Source of the DNA: Barthelona sp. PCE
Taxonomy: Eukaryota
DNA: 64,000 bases
NCBI GenBank assembly: GCA_040285745.1
Contig: JAUFOR010000003.1
Span: forward strand, 744,001-808,000
Direction of reading: 5' to 3'
Part shown: in pieces, positions 41,516 through 51,712 of the stretch
Layout: each line of letters opens with the position of its first letter
How positions within the stretch are numbered: position 1 is the stretch's first letter
The notes under the pieces: model-generated
The model's input: only the letters and a program-made list of their open reading frames with translations
Told to the model about the DNA's origin: nothing
Database searches by the model: none
Position numbers and translations under genes: made by a program

Positions 41516-41599
41516 TTTTTAATCAGGGTATTAAGATGTACATAACAGGTTGAGAAGCTTTCATTCTTGTTTTCTGTTTTTTCCGTTTTACAAATTTTC

Positions 41600-42721
41600 A
41601 TGTCGTTTAAACCTCACTTAGAGGCTGAAGCAACCAAAGATGGGTCTAGTGATACAATGGAAGCCGTTGAAATTTCTCTTTTAAGAAAAAGTTACTATGA
41701 ACTTACATTACGGTATAACCAACTGCTACAGAGTTCTGCCACGCCTCAAGATCACTTCCCCCAAATCTTGTGCAAGCAGGATATGAAGGATCGCGAGAAA
41801 GTACCACTTCAAAAGTGCATTTTGCTCAACGAGTTTTCCAGGGAGAATTATGAACCAGTATACAGCATATCTATTGTTCCCCATGACAAAAGCATACTTT
41901 TTGGAAACTTTTATGGTGGTGTAGAAGTATTCCGCTCCAATTTTCTTCATTTTCAAACTTTATTCCACCATGCTGCGTGCATTACTGACATATCTGTGTC
42001 AGCCTCGGGGGAGTACCTCGCAACATCAAGCCTCGACAGAAGCATCTGCCTATTCTCAAAGGAAAGCGCAACGCAATTAGATTTGGTATATAGGTTTGAA
42101 TTCAAGGCTTTCATCCATGCCATCGCCTTCTATAAGGACTTTTTGTTCTGTGCCGGCGATGATGGTATGCAAATGTGTGACATCGTGCACCGCAGAACCG
42201 ATGTGGTGCATACTGATTACGTAATCTACTGCATGCAGTGTATAGGCGACCACATCATCGCTGGAACGAGAGATGGGCGCTTGCTCGTCTTCTGTATCAG
42301 AAGTAATGGTGTTGTTAAGCTAGAACGCGTGAAACTTCTTAGCACTGAAGATGTTTGTATTTTGGGCGTCGCATGCGCTATGGGGCAAGACGCGCAGACC
42401 TTCTACGTCTCTGTTGTTACTGATTCTGACGACCTGCACATGTTCACATTCGATCGCAACTCGACTCTGTTTTCAAACCATCGCACGTACCACAACAACA
42501 GAACTGACGGCCTACCGCTCTCCCCCGCGATTTATACGTCAGAAAACATGGTTGATAATAATTTCATTTCCGCTGTTCCAACTTTAGAAGGACTCCGCGT
42601 ATACGACAATGAAAAATGCATATTCCGCGACGAAAATGACTGTCGTGCCGTCTGTATATGCGAGAACAAGCTGTATGTTGCTTACAATGATAAACATGCG
42701 CGTGTCTATGGCTTGAATTAA
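41600..42721 (+). CDS. WD40-repeat protein with N-terminal coiled coil
   Basis: HHAACITDISVSASGEYLATSSLDRSICLF and further WD-like blades. First ATG is 41600. Confidence 0.82.
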   Translation: MSFKPHLEAEATKDGSSDTMEAVEISLLRKSYYELTLRYNQLLQSSATPQDHFPQILCKQDMKDREKVPLQKCILLNEFSRENYEPVYSISIVPHDKSILFGNFYGGVEVFRSNFLHFQTLFHHAACITDISVSASGEYLATSSLDRSICLFSKESATQLDLVYRFEFKAFIHAIAFYKDFLFCAGDDGMQMCDIVHRRTDVVHTDYVIYCMQCIGDHIIAGTRDGRLLVFCIRSNGVVKLERVKLLSTEDVCILGVACAMGQDAQTFYVSVVTDSDDLHMFTFDRNSTLFSNHRTYHNNRTDGLPLSPAIYTSENMVDNNFISAVPTLEGLRVYDNEKCIFRDENDCRAVCICENKLYVAYNDKHARVYGLN

Positions 42722-42744
42722 CCAATAATTTTACAATTCATCTC

Positions 42745-44427
42745 TCAGTATCCTCCTGCATACGACGATACAGTAGCCAGCAAACTGTGAATGTCATCAT
42801 ACAAATGCGGTGACTGTGTGATGAAAGCCTCATTTTCCAGCGCCCTGTTGAGGTTATCAATGGCTGGTTCGATTTCCTTAAGAGCTGCGTACAACAATCC
42901 CAAAACAAGGAGAGACATGCCTGTGTATGCGTCTGTCTCGCCGTATTCTTCAAGGAAAGAATTTCCAATATGCACAAGCATGTTTTCTGCCTCGGTCGTT
43001 TGTAAACCGCCCAGCTCACTAAACACATCCTTGTTTTCCTGAATTGCATCAAGTAAATATCGTTGCCAGATGCTGAGCACACGTTCATGGATTTTCTGAG
43101 AAAGTTCCGGTTTTCCGTCGTCATAGAAGACACACCCAATCAGGAAATAACTGTTTGTCGCAATAACATCGGAGGGGCCGCTTTCGAGCGCAAAAAGATA
43201 CGCAGCGTGGCTCAGATACTTCAAGGCAAGGTTGTATCTCTTGAGAGTATGGAAATAACGACCTGAAATGAGAAAGATCTTTGCCTTCAGGTAATTGGCA
43301 CCATCCAGTTCTCTGTCCATGTATAGCTCTGCCTTGGTAACTGTGATTCCATCTGTGCCTTTCTTCTTCTTCCTTGTCTTGGAACTCACACTTTCAGAAT
43401 CTTGAAGAACAGCGCTGTGTCCGAGATTATGGATACGCAGACCGTCTTCTTCCGCAAGATGCTCAAGTCCATTCATGAACTCGTCGAGTTCTGTCACCTC
43501 GTGGGATGTTGGGCGCGCCTTCTTTGCGAAAGGATCCATAAATGTATCGTCTTCGCTTGCTCCACCAATTTGCAATATCTGGGCATGGTTAACATCATTG
43601 TTCTTTGAGAATATGGATGTTGGGACACCAGAGGGAGACTCAATCACTGAAAAACGCCTGTGTGGTATAGATTCAACAAATAATCGGTCAGGAACATCAT
43701 TTTCTTCTCCAACGCGACTGTTCTTGCGCAGAATATGATCCCTGGCGCTGATGGGTTCCTCGAGCACCTCAAGCTGGATGTCAGTCTCAGTTGCAAGCAC
43801 AGCAAAGTCCTTCTTCTTCTTGTAGTTATAGATCCAGTTGAAGCCATCATTGAGCTTTTTCTTCTCCCCCTTCTTAATCTCTGCCTCCTCGTACTTGTTC
43901 TCGAGCAGGCGCTGATATGTGCTCTCCTCCACATTAATGACCTGCCATTGTGCCAGGTTCATATATTCAAGCACTTGCTTGTACTTGCCTACGTTCAAAC
44001 TAATCTCTCCCAAAAGAAGGTATGCGGGTGTCACCTGCAAGCTCTTATCTCCGTACATCTTACGAGAGTACTTTAACGCTTGCAAGGCACCAGGCAAGGC
44101 ATACTTGCATTCTCCGCTCGCTAAGAACTTGGTGGCTTCGAGCTTCGACGTCTCGATGACGTCAGTCATAAGCTCGTTAACCCTAGATTGGAACTCGTTG
44201 CGCTGCTTCTCACTTCCAATAATCAATGTATCCTGACGTATAACCGCTAAATGATCACATATGTGTTTGTGTACGCCCTCCCAATCTAAATTTTGGTGCT
44301 CTTCAGAGCAATAATATGTTACACGGCAGTAAGGGCATTGTAATTTTGCTGGTGCGGAACAGATCTCGCAAAGACAGCTTACTCCCTTTGGATTTGCAAG
44401 CGGATTGATCTTCACAGACCTTGACAT
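42745..44427 (-). CDS. ZMYND12: ZMYND12 (MYND finger + TPR-like)
   Basis: NPLANPKGVSCLCEIC..QCPYCRVTYYCSEEHQ..DW..HKHIC; ALPGALQAL; PAYLLLGE. Confidence 0.9.
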   Translation of the reverse strand: MSRSVKINPLANPKGVSCLCEICSAPAKLQCPYCRVTYYCSEEHQNLDWEGVHKHICDHLAVIRQDTLIIGSEKQRNEFQSRVNELMTDVIETSKLEATKFLASGECKYALPGALQALKYSRKMYGDKSLQVTPAYLLLGEISLNVGKYKQVLEYMNLAQWQVINVEESTYQRLLENKYEEAEIKKGEKKKLNDGFNWIYNYKKKKDFAVLATETDIQLEVLEEPISARDHILRKNSRVGEENDVPDRLFVESIPHRRFSVIESPSGVPTSIFSKNNDVNHAQILQIGGASEDDTFMDPFAKKARPTSHEVTELDEFMNGLEHLAEEDGLRIHNLGHSAVLQDSESVSSKTRKKKKGTDGITVTKAELYMDRELDGANYLKAKIFLISGRYFHTLKRYNLALKYLSHAAYLFALESGPSDVIATNSYFLIGCVFYDDGKPELSQKIHERVLSIWQRYLLDAIQENKDVFSELGGLQTTEAENMLVHIGNSFLEEYGETDAYTGMSLLVLGLLYAALKEIEPAIDNLNRALENEAFITQSPHLYDDIHSLLATVSSYAGGY

Positions 44428-44639
44428 GCTGTTTGATTACTAAAGAGGCTTGAAAAAGGTGGAAAATTCGCTAAACATTTTTGATACCATTTCATTTGAA
44501 AGTAGATTCGTAAAAGGTGGTGTAAATTGTAGCGTAAGCATGCTTTTATTGTATAACAAATAAATCTCGACTAAGAGTCGCCCACCATTGTATCAATGTT
44601 ATTTCTCTTATCAATACAAAGCACGTATTTATTGAAACA

Positions 44640-46721
44640 CTAGTGGTTGGCGGGAGGAAGAACCTTATACACACGAACAATCCAGTGCTCAGAAGTGAAA
44701 GCCTCCTCAAAGTACTCGAGCTCAAAATTCTTATTACCAATTTCTACGTTACGAACACGATCGAAACCGGTAGGGGAACGCTGGTCAGTCTGTACCTCAC
44801 CAAAGCGATAGTAACAAAGCTTATACATGAGTGAGTTCAAAAGCTTGGGAGCACCTTCGCTATCAACTCTGAATTCACCACGTGGCGTATAGTAATCTGA
44901 CTCCTTGATCGGGGGATAGAGGCTATCCAGCTCATCGAGACCACCAATCCTGACCATCCACAAGAACTTATTGATGTCATCACTTGAATATCCGCTCAAA
45001 CCACCAAAGATTACGAGAACGTAGTCAACGTCCAGATCCTGGGAGATCTTGTAACCGACAGCCTCAGGGGAGGACATAGCACGACCAACAGTTGCAATAT
45101 GGGTGTTATTCCATGTGTTGTTATCAACAATAGTGGTACGGTTTGCCATCTCAGTGATTTGATAACCGTAATCCCACCAGGACATAATCTTGGCATCAGG
45201 CTTGGTATTGTGAGAGATCCAGCTATATGCTTCGCGGAAATCATCAAAAATAATGCGGCTTCCGTCATGACCTCTGGCGGCCAAAACAATTGAGGGACTA
45301 GAGTATGCCTCGGAGCCAACCCAAATACAGTGGCGCATGTACATAATGAGCATGAGGGTGACAATAGCACCGACACCAATGGCAATAGGCTTGGCGTTGG
45401 GGTTCTTGACGGCTCTCTTTCTCTTCCTACCTTCCTTCTCCTCGGCCATGACAACGCCAAAGACCCTCGAAAGGATCTCAGAAACGGCGTATCCACCAAC
45501 AATACAAACTGCTGGGGCGAGGACAAGCATAAGACGAACCATAACTCCAGCAAAGTAGCAAGAAGCAATCGAGTACATCATAATAAAGATTCTCTCATCG
45601 GTTGGCTTGTTGAAGAGCATGTAGATGCCAACAGGGAAGACGATGATGAGGAAGTAGAGGTCGAAGAAGAACGAGGCCCAGGTAGTGGGCTGATGTTCAG
45701 AAACGGACGCAATGATTGGAATATGGTTTTTAGCGTACGTGGGATCGAGGAGCGCATAGAAACGACCAGTCCAGGGTACGATTCTGTTCGTGGCAAGGGC
45801 GAGGGCGACGGTGCCAACAAGACCAGCAACGACAGCGGTACCGATGATTCTGATCAGCTTCTTGAAGCTCTCCTCGGATAGCGTCTTTTTCACGTGTGTG
45901 AATAGAGCATAACCTTGGACAAACACAAAGGTGAGGAGGGCGAGCATCTGCTCACTGTTCTTGACAGGCTGGAAACCGATGAAGCGGACCTGCATAGACA
46001 ACAGGACGCCAACCATATAAAATATGGAGTACGATACGTAGAGCCTGTTCGAGAAGCGGCCAGAGATGATAAGGGTGATGACGTGGATGGGGATAATGTT
46101 GATTACAAAAATGTAGGCGCCCCAAGCAGCAGCCATGTAGAAGTATGCGAGAGCGGCAACTGCTGACCACACCATGGATCCAGACTTAATCGCCTTGATC
46201 CAGCAATAGAAGACAAAGAGCAGAGCGAAGATGGAGACACACTCGTTATCGAAGGAACCAGCGACTGAACGCGAAATGTAACCAGGGATGATCGAGACGA
46301 AAGCGGCACCGAGGAGACCTGCACCGCCGCCCTTGATCTCCTTACCGATTCCGTAGGTAACCCAGACGGTGAAAACGGCGAAAAGAGGAGCGAGGAAAAC
46401 ACAGACATCACGGATGCTGACAAAGATGTGGAAGAATTCGAGGATCTTGTAGACAACACCGGTTGTCCACATGAGACCAGGGTATACAGTGAAACCGACA
46501 GTTCTTCCAAGAGGATACCAAACAGATTCATCGAACCAGTTGTAGAAACTGAAGAATCCCTTGTTAATGAGCTGCTGAGTAGCTCTGAAGTTAAAGTAGG
46601 GATCGTATTCGTGAATAATCGATTCGAAACGGATCACAGCCCAAAGCCTGGAGATAAAGGCAAGCACTGATAATAATATCAATGTGCCGTACGTTAGCAT
46701 TCCTTTCTTGGTGATTTTCAT
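44640..46721 (-). CDS. STT3: Oligosaccharyltransferase catalytic subunit STT3
   Basis: FESIIHEYDPYFN, SRSVAGSFDNE, IIASVSEHQP, WWDYG, DNNTWNNTHI, DDINKFLWMVRI. First ATG is 46721. Confidence 0.98.
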   Translation of the reverse strand: MKITKKGMLTYGTLILLSVLAFISRLWAVIRFESIIHEYDPYFNFRATQQLINKGFFSFYNWFDESVWYPLGRTVGFTVYPGLMWTTGVVYKILEFFHIFVSIRDVCVFLAPLFAVFTVWVTYGIGKEIKGGGAGLLGAAFVSIIPGYISRSVAGSFDNECVSIFALLFVFYCWIKAIKSGSMVWSAVAALAYFYMAAAWGAYIFVINIIPIHVITLIISGRFSNRLYVSYSIFYMVGVLLSMQVRFIGFQPVKNSEQMLALLTFVFVQGYALFTHVKKTLSEESFKKLIRIIGTAVVAGLVGTVALALATNRIVPWTGRFYALLDPTYAKNHIPIIASVSEHQPTTWASFFFDLYFLIIVFPVGIYMLFNKPTDERIFIMMYSIASCYFAGVMVRLMLVLAPAVCIVGGYAVSEILSRVFGVVMAEEKEGRKRKRAVKNPNAKPIAIGVGAIVTLMLIMYMRHCIWVGSEAYSSPSIVLAARGHDGSRIIFDDFREAYSWISHNTKPDAKIMSWWDYGYQITEMANRTTIVDNNTWNNTHIATVGRAMSSPEAVGYKISQDLDVDYVLVIFGGLSGYSSDDINKFLWMVRIGGLDELDSLYPPIKESDYYTPRGEFRVDSEGAPKLLNSLMYKLCYYRFGEVQTDQRSPTGFDRVRNVEIGNKNFELEYFEEAFTSEHWIVRVYKVLPPANH

Positions 46722-47617
46722 CTGAAACAACAAGTTGATTCAAGACAAAGATGTGAAAAAGAAGAGAATAGTGAAAACGTTATTCTAAGCTTGAGTTTTA
46801 CCAATATCAGTGTTACTATCGGGCCGCAATATATAAGAAGTTGAACTTTATAGTGGTGAAAATAGCCAAAATTCCCATACAAGCCAATTATGACGTTCTC
46901 AAATATATTCTCATTTCTTGACATTTTTCCCCAAAATTTCTACTTTAAATGGAATATTATTCCACACTTCGCGCTTTTATAAACGAAAACTATAGGCTTA
47001 TACTTTCTGTATTATTGAAACTATATTATAGCGTCTTTCCAACGGTACTCAGGAACAAAACGACGTCCATTTTACCTATGACTTAAATACTACGAGATAT
47101 CTACGAAATGAAAAAGCAATATTTTAGCAGGTTAATCTAAAAGATTAAGAAATGGTTTTATAAGAATTTCAGATGTATATGTATTAATTTTACTACAATT
47201 AAAAATGTAAAGATGAATTTTACATAATATTAAGTTAATATACAAATTTTATCTCAACATTATTGCAATATTTATGGAAATGAAATCAAGCTCGCATGAT
47301 AATATTTATTTGTAAAGGTTCACTCATCAAAGGTCGATCTAATCAAAAAAAGAAGAAAATTTTCAATCATTAGCTTAAACTATATTGAAATGTTGAACAA
47401 TGAATTTGGCTATTCACTTACTATTCAACATTAGAACAATTATGTAAATATTTTATATAGTAAAACTAAATATACGATGAGAAAAAAAATTCAATTTACT
47501 GTGTGATCAATTACAGATGATATCCTACTATTTCTATGGATTAAACCAGCATATAACCGAAATATATACATCAATATTGATCGAAAAGGACAAAGTATTA
47601 AATGAATTTTTTGTATT

Positions 47618-48862
47618 TTACTTTCTCTTTGCCATCTGCACTTGTGGGAAGGAATCCAACGTAGGATATTCCTCTAACCTGTCCGCAAGATCCCCTGGAA
47701 TGATTAAAGGAGGCAAGTCCTTATCTCTATACTCTACAAGAGCACGTAATTTCTCAAGACCATAAATTGAATTTAATTTTAAATCCTCTCTTACTGATAG
47801 GTAAAAATCGCTTTCCATACCCTTATGGTGTTTCTTATCAAGCGTGTAACAATATAACCGATGGAGACATTGCAGACCATAATCATTCTTAGTTTCGCTT
47901 CTGACATCGTTTAGAGCGAGTCTCTTAAACTCGTTGTACATAGTTCTGTTGAAATTCTGCTCATCTCGAAGAAAGTAGCAATAAAATCTGAATAAGAATC
48001 TAGATTGATACGATTTGCCTGGTCCGCAACGCTTTATATCCGCCAAGACTCGCCTTCTGAAGCTCTGGAACTTCTCCTCAACGAAACCACCATCTTCAAG
48101 CAGTTCTCTGGAGATATGATGTTTTTTCTTATTACCTCCTCTGTTATTTTCACGCTTAGGTGCGTTTTTCTCGGTGCCAGAGTACCAATGAACCTTCTGA
48201 CTGCGCTTTTTCTTCTTTTTTTTCTTCTCAGCCTTCTTCCGTTTGGCAGCAACACGTGCTATAGCAGTTTCTCTATCTTCAACTGCAATACGATCAAGAG
48301 CATCGTTGACTATCCATTTCTCGTCCATTATTCGATCTGAACGCATACTCTGAACTTGTTTGGTCTTGAATCTTCGCTCAGATTTTTCAAAAAATCCTTC
48401 ATCAACAGCCGGCATTCCTTCATCCTCTTCTTCGCTCGTGACGTCCTCTTCGTCGTCATACTCGCGGTAATGGATATCATTACGTATCACAACCGAATGA
48501 GGATTCTTCCTTGATGGGGTGAGAACGATTAAGTTCTCCATGAACTCGTTGGGAAGACTCGTTGACATAATCTCTTCCTCACCCACGCTTTCCACTTCCA
48601 ACATGTCCTCCTCGTCAAAGAAATGAGCATTGGGAACAAATGGTTGTGGAGGTACTTGGAATATCTCTTCCTCAGGTTGCTGAATGTACTTCGGGTTCTT
48701 GTATCTACCTTTCTTGGAGTAGTTGTTGGAGTTGGTTTCATTGTAATATGGATCTAAATCTTCATTTCCCAAAGAATGCATATCTGTATTTCGCACTGGA
48801 GTCACTTCTTCGCTTGCAACGGACTTGTCGATGAATACGATCTCACCAGGGCTGTCAGACAT
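47618..48862 (-). CDS. LARP1-like DM15 cap-binding domain protein
   Basis: LFRFYCYFLR..FNRTMYNEFKRLALND, YGLQCLHRLYCY, YGLEKLRAL (DM15 A/B/C repeats). Confidence 0.88.
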   Translation of the reverse strand: MSDSPGEIVFIDKSVASEEVTPVRNTDMHSLGNEDLDPYYNETNSNNYSKKGRYKNPKYIQQPEEEIFQVPPQPFVPNAHFFDEEDMLEVESVGEEEIMSTSLPNEFMENLIVLTPSRKNPHSVVIRNDIHYREYDDEEDVTSEEEDEGMPAVDEGFFEKSERRFKTKQVQSMRSDRIMDEKWIVNDALDRIAVEDRETAIARVAAKRKKAEKKKKKKKRSQKVHWYSGTEKNAPKRENNRGGNKKKHHISRELLEDGGFVEEKFQSFRRRVLADIKRCGPGKSYQSRFLFRFYCYFLRDEQNFNRTMYNEFKRLALNDVRSETKNDYGLQCLHRLYCYTLDKKHHKGMESDFYLSVREDLKLNSIYGLEKLRALVEYRDKDLPPLIIPGDLADRLEEYPTLDSFPQVQMAKRK

Positions 48863-49052
48863 CTTTGTAAAGGGTATTATATTGTGAAACGCATAATCTG
48901 AGCCTTTTTGATAATTGTTACCATTTTACAGCTAAGCTCCATTATATCTGCTTTTAGAGTTTATTGCCAGTATTAAAATCGTCCAAAATGTTAATATAGG
49001 TATTTTTACTTTTTTAGGTGATTTTTCTGACTGAAATTGTACATTTACTTCT

Positions 49053-49685
49053 CTAGTTATTGAAGACACGAAGCGAATCATTGTGCGTGTTAGACTCAAG
49101 GACTTCATTATAACCTAATTCTTTCAATGTAGCAAGACTATCCACATTCTCTAATGCAGTAGATACAGAGAATGCATTAGTGGCTTCGGCAAGACGTGAC
49201 CCCATTAGGTCTAATGTGTCTTTAAGCATTTCACTGAATTCTGTATGAAGCGCTGCAATTTTTGCTTTTAAAACCTCTATTTCATCATCTTTTGTTTTAA
49301 TAATCTCATCCTTTTCCTCTAACATCTCCATTTTCTCTCTACGCTCCAGTTCTAATTGATCCTTAAGTGATAGCACTTCTTCTTGTGATCTATTCAAGTG
49401 TTCAATCAATTCTTCCTGCAATGATTTGAATTGACGTGTCATGTTGCTTGTGATGTCGTACCTGTCCTGTCTTTCTTTTACGAAATCTTGCTGATAGCTT
49501 GATAAATTCTGTCGAAGGGTATTCTGACCCAATACAGCGCGATTTGCAAGATCTGTTTTGAGGGAAACCATACGTTCTAGAGCCTCAATCCTGGAGTTAG
49601 CCATTCTTAGCTTCTCTACCTCTGAGTTAGGATCACTCTTCTTTTCATTCTTCTTCTTCTTACCTTTCTTTCCCTTCGCAGGCAT
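49053..49685 (-). CDS. DRC12: Dynein regulatory complex protein 12 (CCDC153-like)
   Basis: MPAKGKKGKKKK N-terminus, DITSNMTRQFKSLQEEL, coiled coil, EFSEMLKDTL. Confidence 0.78.
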   Translation of the reverse strand: MPAKGKKGKKKKNEKKSDPNSEVEKLRMANSRIEALERMVSLKTDLANRAVLGQNTLRQNLSSYQQDFVKERQDRYDITSNMTRQFKSLQEELIEHLNRSQEEVLSLKDQLELERREKMEMLEEKDEIIKTKDDEIEVLKAKIAALHTEFSEMLKDTLDLMGSRLAEATNAFSVSTALENVDSLATLKELGYNEVLESNTHNDSLRVFNN

Positions 49686-49792
49686 CTATGTATTAAACGC
49701 AATCAATATGCGTTGTGAAAAGGTAGTTAAAATGTAAACAAGTTTTCGAAGCCGTTTTTCTTTCTATCACCTTACCAAGGGCTTATAGTATC

Positions 49793-50230
49793 ATGATTCG
49801 TTTTTTCGTGTTGGTAAACAAGCAGGGACAGACCAGGTTGGCTAAGCATTACATCCAGATGCCAACTGCCCAAAGAAGTGCCCTTGAAGCTGATATTGTG
49901 AGGTTATGTCTCAGCAGAAAGAGCGGGGCGTGCAACTTTATCGACTATGACGACTTTAGAGTTGTGTATCGTCGTTATGCTTCATTATATTTTATTATTG
50001 GTTGTAGTAAGGATGAAAACGAAATGTCTTTGTATGAACTTATCCACTTCACAGTGGAGAGCTTTGATCAGTATTTCAAGCGTGTGCGTGAGTTAGATAT
50101 TATGTTTAACATTGATAGTGCTTATTTCTTACTTGGTGAGATAATAAGTAATGGGAAAATAATGAATACAAACCAGTCTTCAGTTATTGAGCTGGTTAAT
50201 AGAGTCGTAGCATTAAACCAAAAGCAGTAA
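49793..50230 (+). CDS. AP4S1: AP-4 complex subunit sigma
   Basis: MIRFFVLVNKQGQTRLA, VVYRRYASLYFI, ENEMSLYELIH, ELDIMFN. Confidence 0.9.
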   Translation: MIRFFVLVNKQGQTRLAKHYIQMPTAQRSALEADIVRLCLSRKSGACNFIDYDDFRVVYRRYASLYFIIGCSKDENEMSLYELIHFTVESFDQYFKRVRELDIMFNIDSAYFLLGEIISNGKIMNTNQSSVIELVNRVVALNQKQ

Positions 50231-50252
50231 ATATAGCATATTTTTATTTGTT

Positions 50253-51608
50253 CTATTTTGCAGACGTGGCACTCAATCTCCTAAACATGCGAGTCATATC
50301 TGTACGCTCCACCAGCCGCTGCTCATCCTGTAATTGCCGTAGTGTAATATTCGGCTGACTGTTGGAACGTTTCTTCTTCTTTCGTTTCCTACTGCTCGTG
50401 CTACTTATGCTTTCTGTACTGTCTGATGACAGCAGGCTTTCGCTACGCAATCTTTGCAACGAGCGTGCATCGCTGAGCGAAATTGCACAGCTTTCAATAA
50501 TATCCAGCATGTCCCTTGACATTCCATCTTCCTTGCACTTGTGCTTCTTGAAAGAGCATCCATCCTGGCCTTTGAACACAGCAAGGCACTGGCAACAGGA
50601 GTAACGAGGCGTGTCTGTGAGTTTTGTTATGGTGCCGGGGTGATACTGACAGAATCCGAATTGTGTACCGTTAAAGTTCATGCCACACTCTTCGCATTCA
50701 AGCAGCACAGTGCATGCTAGGAAATGCCTATATATCTCCTTTAGAGCAATTCCCTGTTTGAGCAGACCATATACATATGTTGTAACTATAAAAGATTCGT
50801 CAAAGTTGTGCCGCGACACGGATTCACCTCTGAACCCAATCTCTATCTTAGCCCCTGTGCAAAAAAGCAGATCCTTGTGTTCTAATATGATCAAACTACC
50901 ACAATCGAGGCAGGAACAGAAATGATGCTCATCACAAATTAATGCCAGTTTGGCTAGTAATACTTTGGTTAGGATCCTGTCCTTCTTGTCCGAGACGCGA
51001 AGGATGTCAAAGGGGTCGAATTTGGAAGCTATTTTCTCAACAAGTGAATTATTAATGCAGCTGAGATCTAATGGCATCTTTACCACGCTATTAAAATTCT
51101 CAATCAGAAACTCTATAGCCTGGAGGACGAGATCGTTCATCTGTAAAAAGTCAGCGGAAATCAAAATTGATACCACGTTCTTTATCTCGAACTCACAGTC
51201 GTTTTCAGGCTTTATAGAGTTCATAAGCCATTCAAACACCTCAATATCACAATGTACACTGATGTCAACATCTCTGGTATTTCTCCCCTCCAGGTAACTC
51301 TCAAAATAAAGCATTTTTTTGAGTAGAAGGTCACGCTGACAATAAAAGTTTTTGGAAGATGACCGCGCAGAGTCATGGACATGAATTATAACGACGTTAT
51401 CATCTACTTCCATCTTTTTATCATGTTGATGTTCAACAGGTCTGGCGGTTTTTGGTTTTTCAGTTTCAGTGTTTAGATTTTTCTGTGAAATACCCTTAGA
51501 GAACGATGAAGAACTGGGAAATGCGGTATGCGGACGAGAAAAGCGAGGTTTGTGTTGCTTTCTCACTGGTTTGATGCTGTATATTGATGCAAGGGGATTA
51601 AAACTCAT
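50253..51608 (-). CDS. SANBR: SANBR/KIAA1841-like BTB protein (DUF3342)
   Basis: IIHVHD..FYCQRDLLLKKMLYF, DISVHCDIEVFEWLM, NVVSILISADFLQM, CQYHP. First ATG is 51608. Confidence 0.88.
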   Translation of the reverse strand: MSFNPLASIYSIKPVRKQHKPRFSRPHTAFPSSSSFSKGISQKNLNTETEKPKTARPVEHQHDKKMEVDDNVVIIHVHDSARSSSKNFYCQRDLLLKKMLYFESYLEGRNTRDVDISVHCDIEVFEWLMNSIKPENDCEFEIKNVVSILISADFLQMNDLVLQAIEFLIENFNSVVKMPLDLSCINNSLVEKIASKFDPFDILRVSDKKDRILTKVLLAKLALICDEHHFCSCLDCGSLIILEHKDLLFCTGAKIEIGFRGESVSRHNFDESFIVTTYVYGLLKQGIALKEIYRHFLACTVLLECEECGMNFNGTQFGFCQYHPGTITKLTDTPRYSCCQCLAVFKGQDGCSFKKHKCKEDGMSRDMLDIIESCAISLSDARSLQRLRSESLLSSDSTESISSTSSRKRKKKKRSNSQPNITLRQLQDEQRLVERTDMTRMFRRLSATSAK

Positions 51609-51712
51609 TAATCTCCTCAAGCCTCTCGTTTCAGCAAATAAATATTTGGTAAAAGGGTAAAAATGTAAAACAAAAAATTAACTAACATTTACTGCATCTA
51701 TAGAAACAAATT

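Noticed and set aside
45011-46670. Many antisense and alternative-frame ORFs over STT3 (also over MCM6, S28, CFAP251, fibrillarin)
   Set aside because: Explained by GC3-rich codon bias of the real gene; no motifs.
46845-46879. GTATGG...AAAG candidate intron in the ORF upstream of STT3
   Set aside because: No CTMAY at the fixed position, and the spliced product is a 34 aa peptide with no motif.
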